From Veleropilina oligotropha (Eukaryota), in assembly GCA_048128005.1 (NCBI GenBank), contig JBEUKZ010000009.1, forward strand, positions 310,001 to 374,000: DNA of 64,000 nucleotides, given 5' to 3'. Position numbers and translations under genes: made by a program. Position 1 is the stretch's first letter, and every line of letters begins with the position of its first letter. Positions 62,202 to 64,000 of the stretch are shown in pieces. The notes beneath the pieces are model-generated. The model was not told where the DNA came from. It saw only the letters and a program-made list of their open reading frames with translations, and ran no database searches.

Positions 62202-63112
62202 ACAAGTTTATCGAGTTTTTATCGTCGCTCTTCGACCGCGGTATGTCAGTGTCCGCCGTCAAAGGCTATCGGGCAACGATCGCGACCACGCTAAAGCAGT
62301 GTCGTGCCCATGCTGGCCTATCAAGCGACCGAACGATATCAGATTTTATACGATCTTACGAACTCGAGATACCGACCCGAAGAATTAAGCCACCTGCCTG
62401 GAATATCGTACTTATTCTTAACGCATTACTCTTACCCCCGTATGAGCCGATGTCCGAGATAACCATGAGGAACTTGACGCACAAAACGGTTTTTCTGATC
62501 GCCTTAGCGTCGGGCAGGCGTTGTTCCGAGATCCATGCTTTCTCCTCCGAGCTAAGAGATATACGATTCCAGTCAGACGGGTCGGTGATACTGCGTCCTA
62601 TTCTTGGCTTTCTAGCCAAGAACCAACGGCCGAACGAGGACGCACCCGATGTTGTTATTCCCAAGCTAACGCTAGTCGGACGGCACGGTGCAGACCGCCT
62701 CAATTGCCCGGTACGGGCGCTTCGCTTCTACCTAGACAGAACCCGTGAAATGCGGACAGGGAAATTACGTTTATTCGTATCGTATTTGCCTACTTACACC
62801 CGCGACATTACGAGGACAACTGTTTCGCGGTGGATTTCACAAACTGTGAGAGATGTTTACATCCGTTGTGATGACGACGACCGAACTATTTTATCGGTCC
62901 GCGCACATGAAGTCCGGGCAATTGCCGCGTCTGTAGCATTCCGACATAATTTAAATATCAATGCGTTACTCCAGGCTGGATATTGGAAAAACGCTAATGT
63001 GTTTGTCAAACATTATCTGCGGGACTACTCAACAGGGGCTGATGGCCTGAGCAGCTTACAGTGTGTTGCTGCACAAAGGGTTATTGTTAGACCGAGGTCT
63101 TCTAATCAGTAA
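60155..63112 (+). CDS. DIRS copy 3 ORF3, tyrosine recombinase
   Basis: GRRCSEI, HEVR, YWK..F..HY; 985-codon frame as in copy 2. Confidence 0.93.
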   Translation: MPAPAGGSVPVSTQPALARADRQQLGPLSRECRIQVGIQPASDLNRGTTNKTRSTPKRRETSGLRPGSAGFAPKKSDISRAAQHTRILQPFLPGPETRWPLETDPRSLVPKPISSYREIPARNPLEDSSGHPSGRLGSVYRSRRRVSACPDACHGSSVPSVYTRGDDLPIQVPTVRSIVSPVRLHENSTGPRGLPTLSRAQGTYVPRRLADPRGVPGSVPPVYELYPVIDEAPGISDQRDKILLRALDDVYVPRSRLRYGPVHREADPEAYAEPTRGYPRHPVIGHNYGATTGHCPGAHRVGSAPATDGSHGQKTVTTGVQGSLDTTDGAVDGSHRSTALVYRHDSSVVEPRFAGPVGSYIPTRAERLPVHRRFERRLGWSPRQLRDIRPMADRPSGTTYQLPRVRSRLPVSTVPLVTSPQQAYNARHGQHDCRRLHTAPGRYSLASPMRPSNRPTPLSDVPQLDDSSPTHPGKAECQSGFALSEITDNTHRVDATQPSSSGCLPPVVATPSRFVCNRIQLPTTSVCLPVPRPGRPSGRRNVNDMGESVRVCLPPDVHSITGITEGSDRTLRDNANSAPVSHATLVSDPPRSDRRSTVSVTAETRPVNATTLPCTPRVAEPLTFTRLAVIERSLAKKGFSKATALRIYRSRRISTTKVYDYRWVKYVDWCHSRQVNILRPPVNKFIEFLSSLFDRGMSVSAVKGYRATIATTLKQCRAHAGLSSDRTISDFIRSYELEIPTRRIKPPAWNIVLILNALLLPPYEPMSEITMRNLTHKTVFLIALASGRRCSEIHAFSSELRDIRFQSDGSVILRPILGFLAKNQRPNEDAPDVVIPKLTLVGRHGADRLNCPVRALRFYLDRTREMRTGKLRLFVSYLPTYTRDITRTTVSRWISQTVRDVYIRCDDDDRTILSVRAHEVRAIAASVAFRHNLNINALLQAGYWKNANVFVKHYLRDYSTGADGLSSLQCVAAQRVIVRPRSSNQ

Positions 63113-64000
63113 GTATTGTTCTCTGATTGATCATTTGCATATTTACTGACGCCATTTTATTTTTGTTGGCCAACGGTGCTACGAAAATTAACACCTATGA
63201 GGCAGTTCAATGTCTGTTCATTTCTTAAATCTAATTTAAGATTTTGTACTTTCATGTCAGACCTGAGCAGTTGACAGCCAGATTACATTGAATTTAATAA
63301 AACAACTTTTATAATTTTGCACAAATCTTAAAAAGATTGAGGTTCAATATTATTATGTTCTTTGCTGTAATCGAACATACGATGTTCAATACATTTAAAA
63401 AATGTTGATTCCTTAACATTTATTTTTAAGTAACATGTCAAACATTTTTGCTTCCTTAAAATTTATTTTAAGTAACATGTCGTCCATGTTAGCGTTCGCA
63501 AGTTGGTCATGCGAATTACTTATTAATATCGATTATTTATAATAATCTATTAATTCTTTGCTTTTGATTTAAAGCTTTCACAACCTGTTAGGTTCCGTGT
63601 GCTTACAAATCCGACTGCATCCTCTGGCTACCGGCCTATAGGCCCGGAGTCCCATTTGGCTGCCACTGGTCCATGACACGTAAGACCTACAGGGATTTAT
63701 CCTTCCGGCCGTGCCTGGGGCTGATTGCACTTCCGTTCACCTCGTCCGACTAATACCACGGCGTATTCTCCCGGTAACACTGGTCGAAATTCTCGCTTGG
63801 TAAGAGTAGAATATAATACTCAGTAAAAATTCCACTCTAGGCGGACACAATCGACGCTTCATGCTGATTGAATTGGTGACAAGTAAGTCATTATCTTGTT
63901 TGGGTTTGTTGTAAGGAACGTCTTACCCACCTATCCAAGGTTATTCTGGCAAGAGTAAGGACGTAAGTATGTTTGTAACTATATATGAGGTTTTAATGTA

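Larger units (their letters stand above)
56869..64000 (+). mobile_element. DIRS1-like retrotransposon copy 3, intact ORFs, right end beyond window
   Basis: Left ITR at about 56886-57097, three intact ORFs, ICR starting at 63947 and complementary to its own left end. Confidence 0.96.

Overview
This is AT-rich, repeat-dense eukaryotic DNA, most likely from an invertebrate animal (inferred from the repeat types). It is dominated by four same-orientation copies of one DIRS1-type tyrosine-recombinase retrotransposon family: a right end at 1-277, a decayed full-length copy at 7133-14411, an intact copy at 14428-21904, and an ORF-intact copy from 56869 past the window end. The intact copies encode gag, RT/RNase H/Dam-like methyltransferase and an overlapping tyrosine recombinase, and carry ITRs plus an internal complementary region. 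Comparing copies shows unannotated cis-features: a conserved spliceosomal intron with covarying hairpins in the leader, a conserved CCC-TAG-G at the gag stop from which both +1 frameshift (to RT) and readthrough (to YR) are frame-compatible, a roughly 370-nt structured 3' region, and AT|TTT target sites supported by empty-site paralogues in the window. The rest holds a Penelope element split by nested DNA transposons, Tc1 and pogo remnants, hAT-like MITEs with 5- and 6-bp TSDs, Helentron/HINE-like tandem elements, CR1/L2 fragments, a V-type SINE, and one probable host exon (MGAT4-like stem). All calls come from reading the sequence; no searches or folding were run.
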